Shown: positions 39,744-49,831 of the stretch, piece after piece | Layout: every line of letters begins with the position of its first letter | Numbering within the stretch: position 1 is the first letter of the stretch | Source of the DNA: Leptonemataceae bacterium | Lineage (GTDB): Bacteria > Spirochaetota > Leptospiria > Leptospirales > Leptonemataceae | Assembly (NCBI GenBank): GCA_965227295.1 | Contig: OZ245742.1 | Coordinates: 3,616,001 to 3,680,000, forward strand | Reading direction: 5' to 3' | Length of the DNA: 64,000 bases | Program-made: the position numbers and the translations under genes | Notes under the pieces: generated by a model | Told to the model about the DNA's origin: nothing | What the model saw: the letters and a program-made list of their open reading frames with translations, nothing else | Database searches by the model: none

Positions 39744-41507
39744 ATGATAAACAATCTTTACCGCTCATGCATCACGACCCTTCTCGCGATTCTCGGGGCG
39801 TGCTTCTTTTTCACGTGTGGTGATCCGCCGTCGCCGGAACTGGTCTTTCACAACGGCCGCATCCTGACCATGCGTCCGGGAAGCTCTGAGACGCCCGCGG
39901 CGGTCCATGTTCGCGACGGCGTCATTGTAAACATCGGCAACGTCGAAGAAGTTTTCGCGGCGGCGCCGAATGCGCAGCGCATTGATCTGCACGGGGCCGC
40001 GCTTCTGCCTGGTTTCATCGCACCGCATACGCATCCGGAACTTTCAGCGTATCTTCACACCTTCGTCGATCTCAGCGGCTTCACGCATCGCACGCCCGAT
40101 CAGGTGTGGGACGCGTTGCGAGCCGCCGTGGCGGAAGCCGAACCCGGGGAATGGGTCTACTGTCGCGGTTTCGATCCGATCCTCATCGCCGGTCTCTCCG
40201 GTCCCACGCGACAGGAACTCGACGAGATCGCGCCGGAAAATCCGGTCGTGATCCTGGCGCAGTCCTTGCACACGGCCTGGGCCAACAGCCCGGCGTTTGC
40301 AGCGCTCGGCATCGATGCAAATACGCCGGATCCCGGTCCGGCTTCTTACTACGAGAAGAACGATGGTGGACTCAGCGGCATGATCGTGGAAGTCGAAGCG
40401 ATGCAGCCGTTCATGCAGGCGGCGCTACCGACCTTCGATATCAAAAAGAACTTTCAGGGCGTGCTCCGCGACTACAGTCGTCACGGCATTACGAGCATCG
40501 GTACGGCGGGGCTCTTCGGCAAAGACGATCGTCCGCTCATGATGTTACGCTGGCTGTCCGCCGAGAACCCGGGACTGCTGTTGCGCACGCTTGCTGTCTT
40601 CGGTTTTCTGCCGGAACGCGAGCCCGCGGTACGGAACTTCGTCTATCTCAAGGCCGACAGCCCGTTCGAACTTCCGGAGAGCCCGGAGCGAGAGGACACT
40701 AAGTTTCAAATAATAGGCATTAAGATGTGGTACGACGGTTCGCCGTACACCGGTAGCATGTATCTGCGGGAAGCATACAAACAAAGTGAGCTGATGCAGA
40801 GAGACCTCGGCGTTCCGGCAGGCAGTCGCGGGAGTTCGGTGATTTCCCGCGCAGAGTTCCGTGAAACGGCCGCGAGGTTTCACGGCCGGGGGTGGCAGCT
40901 CGCGGTGCACACCCAGGGCGATCAGGCGGCCCTGGAGGTGGTCGAAGAACTACGGGAAGTCCTGGGAGAGAATCCGCGGCCGGATCATCGTCATCGCCTG
41001 GAGCACGGTCTCTTGATTCCGAAAGACGTTATGCCGGACATTGCGGCGAGCGGTCTGAATCTCAGCTATCACATCAATCATCTTTACTACTACGGCGAGG
41101 CCCTGCGAACTTCCATCCTCGGCGAGGAACGCGCGGAAGAGATGCTGGCCGTGCGCAGCGCGCTGGACGCCGGGGTGACCGTGACGCTCCACGCCGATCA
41201 GCCCATGTATCCTGAGGATCCGCTGTCATTGATCGCCACGGCGGTGAATCGAAAGAGCCGCGACGGCCACGTGATCGGAGTCGGCCAGGCGATCAGTGTG
41301 AGTGAGGCGCTGCGTGCCGTGACCATCGACGCGGCCTGGCAACTCGGCATGGAAACGAAGCTGGGTTCGATTGAGGTCGGCAAGTACGCGGACTTCGTCG
41401 TGTTGGACCGCGATCCGCGTTCCGTTCCGAACGGCGAGCTACGTAAACTTCAGGTGCTGGAAACTTACGTGGGCGGCGTGCGCACGTATGCGGCAGGCGG
41501 GGCATGA
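39744..41507 (+). CDS. YtcJ-like metal-dependent amidohydrolase, probably exported
   Basis: PGFIAPHTH, HTAWANS, KMWYDGS, VHTQGD, HRLEH, GSIEVGKYADFVVL. Confidence 0.9.
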   Translation: MINNLYRSCITTLLAILGACFFFTCGDPPSPELVFHNGRILTMRPGSSETPAAVHVRDGVIVNIGNVEEVFAAAPNAQRIDLHGAALLPGFIAPHTHPELSAYLHTFVDLSGFTHRTPDQVWDALRAAVAEAEPGEWVYCRGFDPILIAGLSGPTRQELDEIAPENPVVILAQSLHTAWANSPAFAALGIDANTPDPGPASYYEKNDGGLSGMIVEVEAMQPFMQAALPTFDIKKNFQGVLRDYSRHGITSIGTAGLFGKDDRPLMMLRWLSAENPGLLLRTLAVFGFLPEREPAVRNFVYLKADSPFELPESPEREDTKFQIIGIKMWYDGSPYTGSMYLREAYKQSELMQRDLGVPAGSRGSSVISRAEFRETAARFHGRGWQLAVHTQGDQAALEVVEELREVLGENPRPDHRHRLEHGLLIPKDVMPDIAASGLNLSYHINHLYYYGEALRTSILGEERAEEMLAVRSALDAGVTVTLHADQPMYPEDPLSLIATAVNRKSRDGHVIGVGQAISVSEALRAVTIDAAWQLGMETKLGSIEVGKYADFVVLDRDPRSVPNGELRKLQVLETYVGGVRTYAAGGA

Positions 41508-41561
41508 AAACATGCATCATGCTGCTCCGCCGGGCCGCGCAACGCCTGATCGAAGCGCATG

Positions 41562-41643
41562 TACCCGGGGCGGGACTTGAACCCGCACGACCGAAGTCCC
41601 GGGATTTTAAGTCCCGTATGTCTACCAATTCCATCACCCGGGC
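41562..41643 (-). tRNA. tRNA-Leu(TAA)
   Basis: Minus strand GCCCGGG/CCCGGGT; CGGGA CT-TAA-AA TCCCG; long variable arm. Confidence 0.96.
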
Positions 41644-41674
41644 ATAGGTGAACGCAGCAGGGGAGGCTGCGATG

Positions 41675-41745
41675 AGGCGTCGACCGGATTTGAACCGGTG
41701 ATGGGGCTTTTGCAGAGCCCTGCCTTACCACTTGGCTACGACGCC
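41675..41745 (-). tRNA. tRNA-Cys(GCA)
   Basis: Minus strand GGCGTCG/CGACGCC; GGGCT CT-GCA-AA AGCCC; U73. Confidence 0.96.
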
Positions 41746-41845
41746 GATCAGCGCGGCCGGCGAATCCCGGCCGTATCGGACAGACTCTCCGCGGAGCAGG
41801 GGGCGTCAAGTCTTTGGAAAACGGGTGACGTTCGTGGATGCCGAT

Positions 41846-41887
41846 TCTTGCGTTAGGGATCCGCAGGGTGGCCCGAAAGGCCAGTCC
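41846..41887 (+). repeat. Structured intergenic repeat, partial copy F (5' part only)
   Basis: TCTTGCGTTAGGGATCCGCAGGG-TGGCCCGAAAGGCCA-GTCC, then breaks off against copy D. Confidence 0.75.
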
Positions 41888-41893
41888 GCTTTT

Positions 41894-42006
41894 GGGCGCC
41901 TCGCCGCTTTGCGGCGACCGGGCTACTCCGGGCTCCGCTTCGCTCCGGCCTCGCCTGCGGCGAGTCTCGCGCTAACGCGCGACCCTGCGTATCCCTGGCG
42001 CGAAGA
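41894..42006 (-). repeat. Structured intergenic repeat, copy D
   Basis: Reverse complement TCTTCGCGCCAGGGATACGCAGGG...CCCGGAGTAGCCCGG...GGCGCCC. Confidence 0.9.
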
Positions 42007-42012
42007 GAAAGA

Positions 42013-44103
42013 CTAAGAATTCAACAACGCCCGCAGATTATCCAGGCTGTGCACTGGCCGTTCGCACGCAAGCTGCCGGCAAACGTAGAACGTATCTTTC
42101 TCCGCGACGGCACGATCCGCAAGCAGCGGCACAATCTTCCCGGCCTCGTCACGATTGTCGCCGTGGGCGACGGCCTGCACCGACTCGCCGCTCTGTTCGG
42201 TGGCGAGGGCGTTCAGAACTTCGCGCAAATCATCCAGAGTTCCCGGTGTGACGAGAGCAATCTCCGCCGGCGGTTCCAGGAAGTACGCGAACGTTTTTAA
42301 TAGAAACGAATGCGCCGCGCCCTGTTCGCTGAGCGACGTCGGAAAGGCCGCAAAGATTTTGCGGGCGCGCTCATGGTACGCCGCGGGCTCGACGCCGTAG
42401 AGCGCGAGCGTATGAAACAACCGTGCCGCCGCCGAATTGCCGGAGGGTTCCACACCGTCGTACGACTCGATGGAGCGCACGATGAGGTCGTCGCTGTTCT
42501 CGGACGTCTCGTAGTAGGCGCCGCCGGCTCCGTCGAAGCGCGTGATGATCTGCGCGGCCAGTTCCTGCGCACGTTCGAAGAAGCGCGGCGCAAAGCCGGC
42601 GCGGTACAGATCCAGGCACGCGTTGCCCAGGAGCGCGTAGTCCGGCAGTGTCGCCGGGATGCGCGCTTCGCCTTCGCGGTAACGGCGCAGCAACGAACCG
42701 TCGGCCTGGCGCATCGTCTGCCAGAGAAAGTCCGCGGCCTTTTCGGCGCGCGCGTAGAGTTCGGTGTCGTCGAAGGCTCGTGCGGCCTGGGAGAGGGCCG
42801 AGATCATGAGGGCGTTCCAGGACGTGAGAATCTTATCGTCGCGCAGCGGGCGGATGCGTTTGTTGCGTTCCGCGAGCAGCGCCGTGCGGGCGCGGTCCAC
42901 GGTCTTTTGCCAGGCCGCGGCGTCGGTGCCGGCGGGCAGGCCGGCGACGAAACGTTCCCGGGGCAGGCCCTCGTGCAGGATGTTCTTGCCCTCCCAGTTG
43001 CCGCGCATGGACAGCCCCCAGAATTCGGCGAGGAGCTTGCGTTCGTCTCCGGAAAAACCGGCCGAGCTTAATGTTTGATCAAAATCACTTAAGCTCCAGA
43101 CGTAGAACTTGCCTTCCTCACCTTCGCTGTCCGCGTCCTCCGCCGAGTAGAACGCCCCTTCCGGCGAGGTCATGTCCCGACGCAGATACTCACAGACGTC
43201 CCGGCCCCAATCACGGTAACGTTCGTTGCCGGTGAGACGATAGCTATCGGTCAGGGCCCACAGAAAGAGCGCGTTGTCGTAGAGCATCTTCTCGAAGTGC
43301 GGGACGAGCCAGTCGTGGTCCGTGGCGTAACGCGAAAGTCCGCCGCCGATCTGATCGTAGATGCCGCCGCGCCGCATGTGGTCCAGGGTTTCCTCCACCA
43401 TGCGCAGGGCGTGGGCCTCGCCGCTGCGGCGATAGTACGTGAGCAAAAAGAGCAGGCCCATGGACGGCGGAAACTTGTTCGGCCCGTTGCTTGTGAAACC
43501 GCCGCTGTATTCGTCGAAGAGCTGGGAGTACTGGCGGAACGTCGCCTCCAGGGCCTCCGCTCCCGGAATTTCACCGCCGCCGGAAGCCGACTCCTGTTTC
43601 AGGAAGTTGTGCAACGCCGTGGCGGACTCGTCGATCTTCGCGCGGTTGTTCTGCCACATGTTATCGATGGACTCGAGGACCTGGCGAAACGACGGCCGCC
43701 CGAAGGCCGGCTGCGGCGGGAAATACGTACCGCCGGTAATGGGCAATAACTCCGGCGTGAGGAACATGTTCAACGGCCAGCCGCCGTGTTGGCCGGTGGC
43801 GTGCAGGGCCTTCATGTAGATCTGATCGACGTCCGGTCGTTCCTCGCGGTCGAGCTTAATCGCTACAAATTTTGCATTAAGGATGGCGGCGGTGTCTTCG
43901 TTCTCGAAGGACTCGCGTTCCATGACGTGACACCAGTGGCACGTGGCGTAGCCGATGCTGAGTAAGATCGGTTTGTTTTCCGTGCGAGCCTTAGAAAAGG
44001 CTTCGTCGCCCCAGGGGTACCAGTCGACCGGATTGTGGGCGTGTTGCAGCAAGTACGGCGACTTTTCGTTGGCGAGGCGGTTCGTGTGTTTGGGTTCGGA
44101 CAT
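42013..44103 (-). CDS. YyaL/SSP411-like thioredoxin-domain protein
   Basis: [47 protein letters not shown]. Confidence 0.95.
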   Translation of the reverse strand: MSEPKHTNRLANEKSPYLLQHAHNPVDWYPWGDEAFSKARTENKPILLSIGYATCHWCHVMERESFENEDTAAILNAKFVAIKLDREERPDVDQIYMKALHATGQHGGWPLNMFLTPELLPITGGTYFPPQPAFGRPSFRQVLESIDNMWQNNRAKIDESATALHNFLKQESASGGGEIPGAEALEATFRQYSQLFDEYSGGFTSNGPNKFPPSMGLLFLLTYYRRSGEAHALRMVEETLDHMRRGGIYDQIGGGLSRYATDHDWLVPHFEKMLYDNALFLWALTDSYRLTGNERYRDWGRDVCEYLRRDMTSPEGAFYSAEDADSEGEEGKFYVWSLSDFDQTLSSAGFSGDERKLLAEFWGLSMRGNWEGKNILHEGLPRERFVAGLPAGTDAAAWQKTVDRARTALLAERNKRIRPLRDDKILTSWNALMISALSQAARAFDDTELYARAEKAADFLWQTMRQADGSLLRRYREGEARIPATLPDYALLGNACLDLYRAGFAPRFFERAQELAAQIITRFDGAGGAYYETSENSDDLIVRSIESYDGVEPSGNSAAARLFHTLALYGVEPAAYHERARKIFAAFPTSLSEQGAAHSFLLKTFAYFLEPPAEIALVTPGTLDDLREVLNALATEQSGESVQAVAHGDNRDEAGKIVPLLADRAVAEKDTFYVCRQLACERPVHSLDNLRALLNS

Positions 44104-44182
44104 GCTGGCTCGAAGTTAAATGAGAATCCGGGAGATCGGAAAGGGGAATCAAGAAAGGGAAAACAAAGAGTAAGACTAAGAT

Positions 44183-44300
44183 GGGCGCCCCCGCCGCTGG
44201 TGCGGCGGTCGGGCTGCTCCGGGCTCGCTATTCGCTCGGCCTCGCGACTTCGTCGCGAGTCTGGCGCTACGCGCCACCCTCCGCATCCCTGGCGCGAAGA
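44183..44300 (-). repeat. Structured intergenic repeat, copy E
   Basis: Reverse complement TCTTCGCGCCAGGGATGCGGAGGG...CCCGGAGCAGCCCGA...GGCGCCC. Confidence 0.9.
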
Positions 44301-44330
44301 GACGAAACTCTGGTGATGCGCTGCGGATGG

Positions 44331-44723
44331 TTATTCCGCGGCCGGGGCATTCAGGGCCTGGGCTTCGCGTTGTTCGCGCAGTACGTCCGGTTCGTCTGGG
44401 ATGTTCCGGCCGAAGATGTCGATCACGGAAAAGCTCACCAGGATGACGAACAGGATAATCGGGAACAGGAGTCCGTACCCCTTTACCAGGGTCGTCTCAT
44501 AGCGCATGTGCATGAATACCAGGATGACCAATGAGGCTTTGATCGTCGCGATGATCATGGCGATGACGACGTTGGTGACGAAGCCGCCGCCGATGACGAC
44601 GCCCCAGTCCACATAAGAGACGGCCACTGTGATGACCGTCAGCACCAGCAGGGCGATGCCGGTGAGGATGTAGTTTTTCCGGGGGACAATGTGCCCGCGG
44701 CTCTCTTGATCAGGTATATGCAT
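44331..44723 (-). CDS. Cytochrome c oxidase subunit IV
   Basis: LLVLTVITV, IATIKASLV..FMHM. Confidence 0.88.
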   Translation of the reverse strand: MHIPDQESRGHIVPRKNYILTGIALLVLTVITVAVSYVDWGVVIGGGFVTNVVIAMIIATIKASLVILVFMHMRYETTLVKGYGLLFPIILFVILVSFSVIDIFGRNIPDEPDVLREQREAQALNAPAAE

Positions 44724-44761
44724 GTGTTCGTCCTGTAATGATCCTTTAGGCTGTGTCCGCG

Positions 44762-45520
44762 CTATCGCACCAGGTAAAAGAGCGGGAAGACGTAGATCCA
44801 GATGAGGTCCACAAGGTGCCAGTAGAGGGTGCCGTTCTCCACCGGCGTGTAGTACCAGTGCGAGTAGCGTCCCTGAATGTTCTTCCAGAGCAGTACCGCG
44901 ATAATGCCCATGCCGATGAGAACGTGCAGGCCGTGGACGCCGGTCATGAGAAAGTAGAACGTAAAGAACAGGTCAATGCCGTGGCGGTAGTGCGAGATCT
45001 CGGCGTTACGCTCGGACGACTCGATTTCTCCCGCCGCGATCTTCGCATCGACGATCTTCGCAATTTCGGCGTCGGTGTTGGCGTAGCTGTGGTGGTCGTG
45101 AGAATCCAGCGGGATGATCATCTCGGCGCTGCCCGGCAGGATGCCGTGGGAGAACTTACCGCTATACTCGATGTACTTGATCACCATGAACACGCCGGCG
45201 AAGGCGATCGTCAGCGCGAGCATGATGTTCGCGAGTTTCTTCTTGCCGCGCTGCACGGAGTCCAGGGCAAGCACGGCCGTCACCGAACTGAGGATCAGCA
45301 CGATCGTGTTGATGCCCCCCATCACCTTATCCAGGGAGTGGTGCGCCACCTTGAACGGTTCCACGAACTTCGCGTGGAAGATGGTGAAAGCGGCGAACAT
45401 CACCGCGAAGAGCAGGAGTTCCGTGGCCAGGAAGAGCCACATGCCCATCTTCGAGCCTTCGTAGCCGCCCAGTTCCTCGTGGGCGGGGTGATGATCACGT
45501 ATTGCGTGTGCGTCTGCCAT
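44762..45520 (-). CDS. ctaE: Cytochrome c oxidase subunit III
   Basis: GMWLFLATE, NTIVLILSS, TGVHGLHV, YWHLVDLIW. Confidence 0.95.
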   Translation of the reverse strand: MADAHAIRDHHPAHEELGGYEGSKMGMWLFLATELLLFAVMFAAFTIFHAKFVEPFKVAHHSLDKVMGGINTIVLILSSVTAVLALDSVQRGKKKLANIMLALTIAFAGVFMVIKYIEYSGKFSHGILPGSAEMIIPLDSHDHHSYANTDAEIAKIVDAKIAAGEIESSERNAEISHYRHGIDLFFTFYFLMTGVHGLHVLIGMGIIAVLLWKNIQGRYSHWYYTPVENGTLYWHLVDLIWIYVFPLFYLVR

Positions 45521-45586
45521 AGTTCAGTGCGTCCGTGTTGTGTTTAATCTCGTATGTAGTCAGGTTAGCGTTTTGCGAACGATCGA

Positions 45587-47215
45587 TTAACCGGCGATTT
45601 TGTCCGGCGCCGCGTGATGACCGCTTTTGTCCGTGGCGTAGTCGTAGACGCCGTTCGCCGGGAACTGCGGGATCGTGTGGAAGTTCGTGGGCGGCGGCGG
45701 CGTGCTCGTTCTCCATTCCATGCCGAGGGACTCGAACTCGTTGTCCTCGGCCTTGCGACCGCGGAAGGCCGAATACATGAGGTGGCCCAGGATGAACAGA
45801 TAGGAGAAGCCGTTGAACCACGAGCCGATCGTCGAGATCGTATGCCAGGTCTGGAACTGCGGCAAATAGTCGTAGTAACGCCGCGGCATGCCTTCGAGTC
45901 CCAGGAAGAACTGCGGGAAGAACGTTAAGTTAAAGCCGATGAACAAGAACAGCCAGCCCCAGAAGGCTTTTTTCTCGTTGTACATGCGCCCCGTGAGGAG
46001 CGGGAACCAGTAGTGCAGGCCCGCGAAGAGCGCGATCACCGTGCCCCCCTGCATTGTATAGTGGAAGTGCGCGACCACGAAGTAGGTGTCGTGCAGGAAG
46101 ACGTCCGTTGCGAGGACGGCCAGGTGGACACCGGTGAGGCCGGCAATCGAGAACATGAAGACAAAGCCCAGGGCGTAGAGCATCGGTGCCTTGAACGAGA
46201 TGGAGCCCTTCCATAGAGTGGAGATCCAGTTGAAGACTTTGATGGCCGTCGGCACCGCCACGAAGAACGTTAGGAACGAGAAGATGTAGCGCGCCCAGTC
46301 GGACATGCCCGAAACGAACATGTGGTGGCCCCAGACGATGAACGAAACCAGCGCGATGGCCAGCGAAGAATAGGCGATGGCCTTGTAACCGAAGATCGGC
46401 CGCTTCGCGAAGACCGGCAGGATTTCGGAAATGATGCCGAAGCCCGGAAGAACCATGATGTAGACGACCGGGTGCGAGTAAAACCAGAAGAACTGCTCAA
46501 ATAAAATGGGATCCCCGCCCTTCGCGGGGTTGAAGATGCCGATGTCGAGCACGCGTTCCATGATCAGCATCACGAGAGTCATACCGATGATGGGCGTTGC
46601 AAGCACCTGGATGATGGACGTGGCGTAGAGGGCCCAGACCATGAGCGGCAGTTTATCCCAGGTAAGACCCGGGCAGCGCATGCGGTGGATGGTGACAATG
46701 AAGTTGAAGCCGGTCATGACCGACGAGAAACCCATGACGAAGGCGCCCAGGGTGAGCCAGAGGACCAGGGAGTTGGACTTCATGGAGTAAGGGGCGTAGA
46801 ACGTCCAGCCGGTGTCCGCGGGGGAGAGCAGGGAGACGAGGGCGATGGTGGCGCCGATGAGGTAAACGTACCAGCTTCCTAAGTTAATGCGCGGGAACGC
46901 TACGTCCTTCGCGCCGAGCTGCAGCGGCAGGATGAAGTTACCGAGGGTCGCCGGAATACCGGGCACAATAAAGAGAAAGACCATGACCGCGCCGTGCAAA
47001 GTCATGAGCACGTTGTAGGTCTGCGCGCCGACGATGGTGGCGCCCGGGGCGATCAGCTCCAGGCGTACCAGCAGCGCCGAGGTGCCGCCGATGATGAAGA
47101 ACCCCAGGATCGCGTAGAGGTACATGATCCCGATTTTCTTGTGGTCCGTGGTGGTCGCCCAGCCCCAGAAACCGCGGCCGACCTGATAAAACGATGATGC
47201 TTCTGCGTGTGCCAT
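45587..47215 (-). CDS. ctaD: Cytochrome c oxidase subunit I (A2-type, YS motif)
   Basis: DHKKIG, TLHG, FWFYSHPVVY, WGHHM, VVAHFHY, MPRR. Confidence 0.97.
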   Translation of the reverse strand: MAHAEASSFYQVGRGFWGWATTTDHKKIGIMYLYAILGFFIIGGTSALLVRLELIAPGATIVGAQTYNVLMTLHGAVMVFLFIVPGIPATLGNFILPLQLGAKDVAFPRINLGSWYVYLIGATIALVSLLSPADTGWTFYAPYSMKSNSLVLWLTLGAFVMGFSSVMTGFNFIVTIHRMRCPGLTWDKLPLMVWALYATSIIQVLATPIIGMTLVMLIMERVLDIGIFNPAKGGDPILFEQFFWFYSHPVVYIMVLPGFGIISEILPVFAKRPIFGYKAIAYSSLAIALVSFIVWGHHMFVSGMSDWARYIFSFLTFFVAVPTAIKVFNWISTLWKGSISFKAPMLYALGFVFMFSIAGLTGVHLAVLATDVFLHDTYFVVAHFHYTMQGGTVIALFAGLHYWFPLLTGRMYNEKKAFWGWLFLFIGFNLTFFPQFFLGLEGMPRRYYDYLPQFQTWHTISTIGSWFNGFSYLFILGHLMYSAFRGRKAEDNEFESLGMEWRTSTPPPPTNFHTIPQFPANGVYDYATDKSGHHAAPDKIAG

Positions 47216-47270
47216 AATAGTTGTGCTCCCGTATCGGGTTCGTAACCTTCTTTCGATGATACCTCAGCGC

Positions 47271-48227
47271 TTATTGCAGCGTTTTCATGTAAGCGATGAC
47301 CGACTGGATTTGCGGTTCGCTGAGTCCCTGGGCCGGCATGGCCGCGGGGTAACCTTCCACGATCTGCGCGTTGGGATTCAGAATGGAATTGCGGATGTAG
47401 TTCTCGTCCGCGACCACCGCGGTGCCGTCGGCCATACTCCGCTCGGCGCCCCAGAGACCCTGGAAAGACGGGCCGACGATGCGCGAGCCGTCCGTCGAGT
47501 GGCAGGCCTTGCAGTTCGCCGCGTAGAGGGCCTCGCCTTTTTCCGGGCTGATGTCGCCGGCTTCTTTTTCGATGACGGCCAGTTGGTTCTTGAACGCGTC
47601 TTCTTTGAGGACGATGGCCTTGCCGATCATGGCGCTGTGGTCTTTACCGCAGTACTCGGTGCAGTAGATGTCGTAGACCATGCGATCGCCTTCGAACTTG
47701 CTCGGCTCAAAGTAGACGTAGGTGAAAATGTTCGGAGTGACGTCCTCTTTCACGCGGAACGCCGGGATAAAGAACGAATGCAGGACGTCTTTGGACTTCA
47801 TGACCAGTTTCGTGGGCCGGCCTTCCATTAAATAGACGTCGTTGTAAGATTTGATCTGGGTCGCTTTCTCCGGCTCCTGGCGGAACTCGGCGGGGTAGGT
47901 GTACTCCCAGGCCCACTGCTTGCCCTCGACCGCGATGATCATGGTGTTATCGGGGAATTTACCGGGACGCATTTCGAGGAATTCGATCATGCCCCAGATG
48001 TAGAGCCAGACGAAGACGATGGACGGGATGACGGTCCAGACGACCTCGATGGTGGTGCTGTGGGCGATGGGGGACGTTTTGTCGTCTTTGCCGCGGCGGC
48101 GGTACTGGATGACGAAGTACATCAGCACGCCGTTGACCAGGAGAAATGCGAGCACAGTGATGATATTGATCCAGAGCATGAGGTTGTCATGCCCGGCACA
48201 GTATTCCGATCCACACTCAATGTACAT
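47271..48227 (-). CDS. ctaC: Cytochrome c oxidase subunit II with fused cytochrome c (caa3 type)
   Basis: EVVWTVIP, DVLHSF, CTEYCGKDHSAM (CuA), CKACH heme motif. Confidence 0.95.
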   Translation of the reverse strand: MYIECGSEYCAGHDNLMLWINIITVLAFLLVNGVLMYFVIQYRRRGKDDKTSPIAHSTTIEVVWTVIPSIVFVWLYIWGMIEFLEMRPGKFPDNTMIIAVEGKQWAWEYTYPAEFRQEPEKATQIKSYNDVYLMEGRPTKLVMKSKDVLHSFFIPAFRVKEDVTPNIFTYVYFEPSKFEGDRMVYDIYCTEYCGKDHSAMIGKAIVLKEDAFKNQLAVIEKEAGDISPEKGEALYAANCKACHSTDGSRIVGPSFQGLWGAERSMADGTAVVADENYIRNSILNPNAQIVEGYPAAMPAQGLSEPQIQSVIAYMKTLQ

Positions 48228-48289
48228 GTAAGCGATACCTTCTATAAATCAGGGCGAATGCTTCCAGTCTTGAGATTCGGGCGATCCGC

Positions 48290-49108
48290 TCAAGCTTTTT
48301 CCGCCTTTTCTCCCCTGCGAACGAAAAATATTAGTCCTACGATGAATATTACCGTGAGAACGCCGCCGATCCGCATGATCGCCCACATGTACGGCGTGTA
48401 CTTTCCTTCTTGCGGATCGAAGCGGAAGCAGTACAGGAAAATTTTCTCCGCGGTGTTGCCGATTTGGCCGTACGAACTCTCGATCAGCGAAAGCCGGAAG
48501 GTAGCCTCCTCGAAGGTTACGCCGTAGAGATAGCGAGTGATCTTCCCCTCGGGCCCCGCCATAACAATGACCGCCGCGTGGCTGTAGTCCTCTTCGCCGT
48601 CCGGGCGGTATTGATATCCAATCGCATCCATAACAGCGGCGATGGACGCCGGATCGCCGGTGAGGAACTGCCAGGCCTCCGGTTTTAAGGGCGGATCGAA
48701 GCTTCCGCGCATCTCACGGCCCTTGCGTGCGGCGTCCGCCGGGCCTTCCTCGGGCTTGAAGCTGATGGAAACGATGGTATAGTCCCGGCCCGGTATCAGG
48801 CCGCGGGTGGCCTTTGTCGCCGCCGCGGCCTTCTGCACCCCGCGAAAGATGAACGTGCACAGTCGCGGGCAGGTAAAGTAGGATGGGATGAGGATGACGG
48901 GCTTTTGTGCCGTACCGAAGAAATCGCCCAGGCGGACGGCCTTGCCGTTCTCGTCGGTGAGCACGGTATCGAGCGGGAGCTGCCCGCCCAGATTCTCCGT
49001 CGTTTCGAGGCCCTCGGGGTCGCGTGTGGGCTCGGCAAAGAGCGGGGAAACCGCGAGCAGGGCGGCAATGAGGAGGATGGGACGGATGGCGGAGGGGTGG
49101 CGGCTCAT
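48290..49108 (-). CDS. SCO family copper chaperone
   Basis: Signal peptide from ATG 49108; CPRLC, WQFLTG, YSH, ITRYLYG; C-terminal TM. Confidence 0.9.
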   Translation of the reverse strand: MSRHPSAIRPILLIAALLAVSPLFAEPTRDPEGLETTENLGGQLPLDTVLTDENGKAVRLGDFFGTAQKPVILIPSYFTCPRLCTFIFRGVQKAAAATKATRGLIPGRDYTIVSISFKPEEGPADAARKGREMRGSFDPPLKPEAWQFLTGDPASIAAVMDAIGYQYRPDGEEDYSHAAVIVMAGPEGKITRYLYGVTFEEATFRLSLIESSYGQIGNTAEKIFLYCFRFDPQEGKYTPYMWAIMRIGGVLTVIFIVGLIFFVRRGEKAEKA

Positions 49109-49228
49109 ATTTTGTTGTTTTCGCTTCAGCTCTCTTATGAAAAAATGACGGAAATCTGCGCCGTCAAGCTGGAACCGGCAAACGGAACGAAGTCCGCGCA
49201 GTACGGAAATTATTCGGAGAACTTTCGC

Positions 49229-49822
49229 ATGTACCATCGCATCCTGCTCAGCATCCTCTGTCTTTTGACGCTGTCTCTGTGGCAATGCTCATCTTCCCAG
49301 GAGGACACGGCCCCCGCCGATGACTCTGAAACGATGGAGAAAGGCGAGGAGAGCGGTACGGACCGGGACGGTGGAATGCTCGGCGAGGGCTGTGTGCTCG
49401 GCAACTGTGAAAACGGCACGGGCACCTTCGTCTATCCGAACGGCGACAAATACGTCGGCGAGTTCAAGGACGGTGTGCGCAGCGGTCAGGGTACTTTCGA
49501 GTATGCCAACGGCGATCGCTTTACCGGCGGCTACGCCAACGGCAAGCGCAACGGCAAGGGCACCTACATCTTCGCCAACGGCGATCGCTACGTCGGCATG
49601 TTCAAAGACGGCGTTCGCCAGGGGGATGGAGTCTACACGTTCGCGGCGGACGGCGTCTTCCGCGGCCAGTTCGAGAACGACGGCAACGCCGGTGACGGCG
49701 TCTTCGTGAATAACGACAAGACCTTCGAATGCGATCTGCGCAACCGCGGCCTGTACTGTGAAGAAGCCGATTCGCAGAAGGTCATCAAAGAAGCCGTCGA
49801 CGACAGCGGCACCGTCCAGTAA
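49229..49822 (+). CDS. MORN-repeat lipoprotein
   Basis: LSLWQC lipobox; repeated G.F.YANGDRY.G.FKDG.R.G. Confidence 0.9.
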   Translation: MYHRILLSILCLLTLSLWQCSSSQEDTAPADDSETMEKGEESGTDRDGGMLGEGCVLGNCENGTGTFVYPNGDKYVGEFKDGVRSGQGTFEYANGDRFTGGYANGKRNGKGTYIFANGDRYVGMFKDGVRQGDGVYTFAADGVFRGQFENDGNAGDGVFVNNDKTFECDLRNRGLYCEEADSQKVIKEAVDDSGTVQ

Positions 49823-49831
49823 TTCGGACGC

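Noticed and set aside
44135..44182. Purine-rich tract beside repeat copy E
   Set aside because: No clear periodicity or second copy; cannot support a feature.
49420..49700. Nucleotide repeats GCCAACGGCGATCGCT
   Set aside because: Coding MORN repeats.
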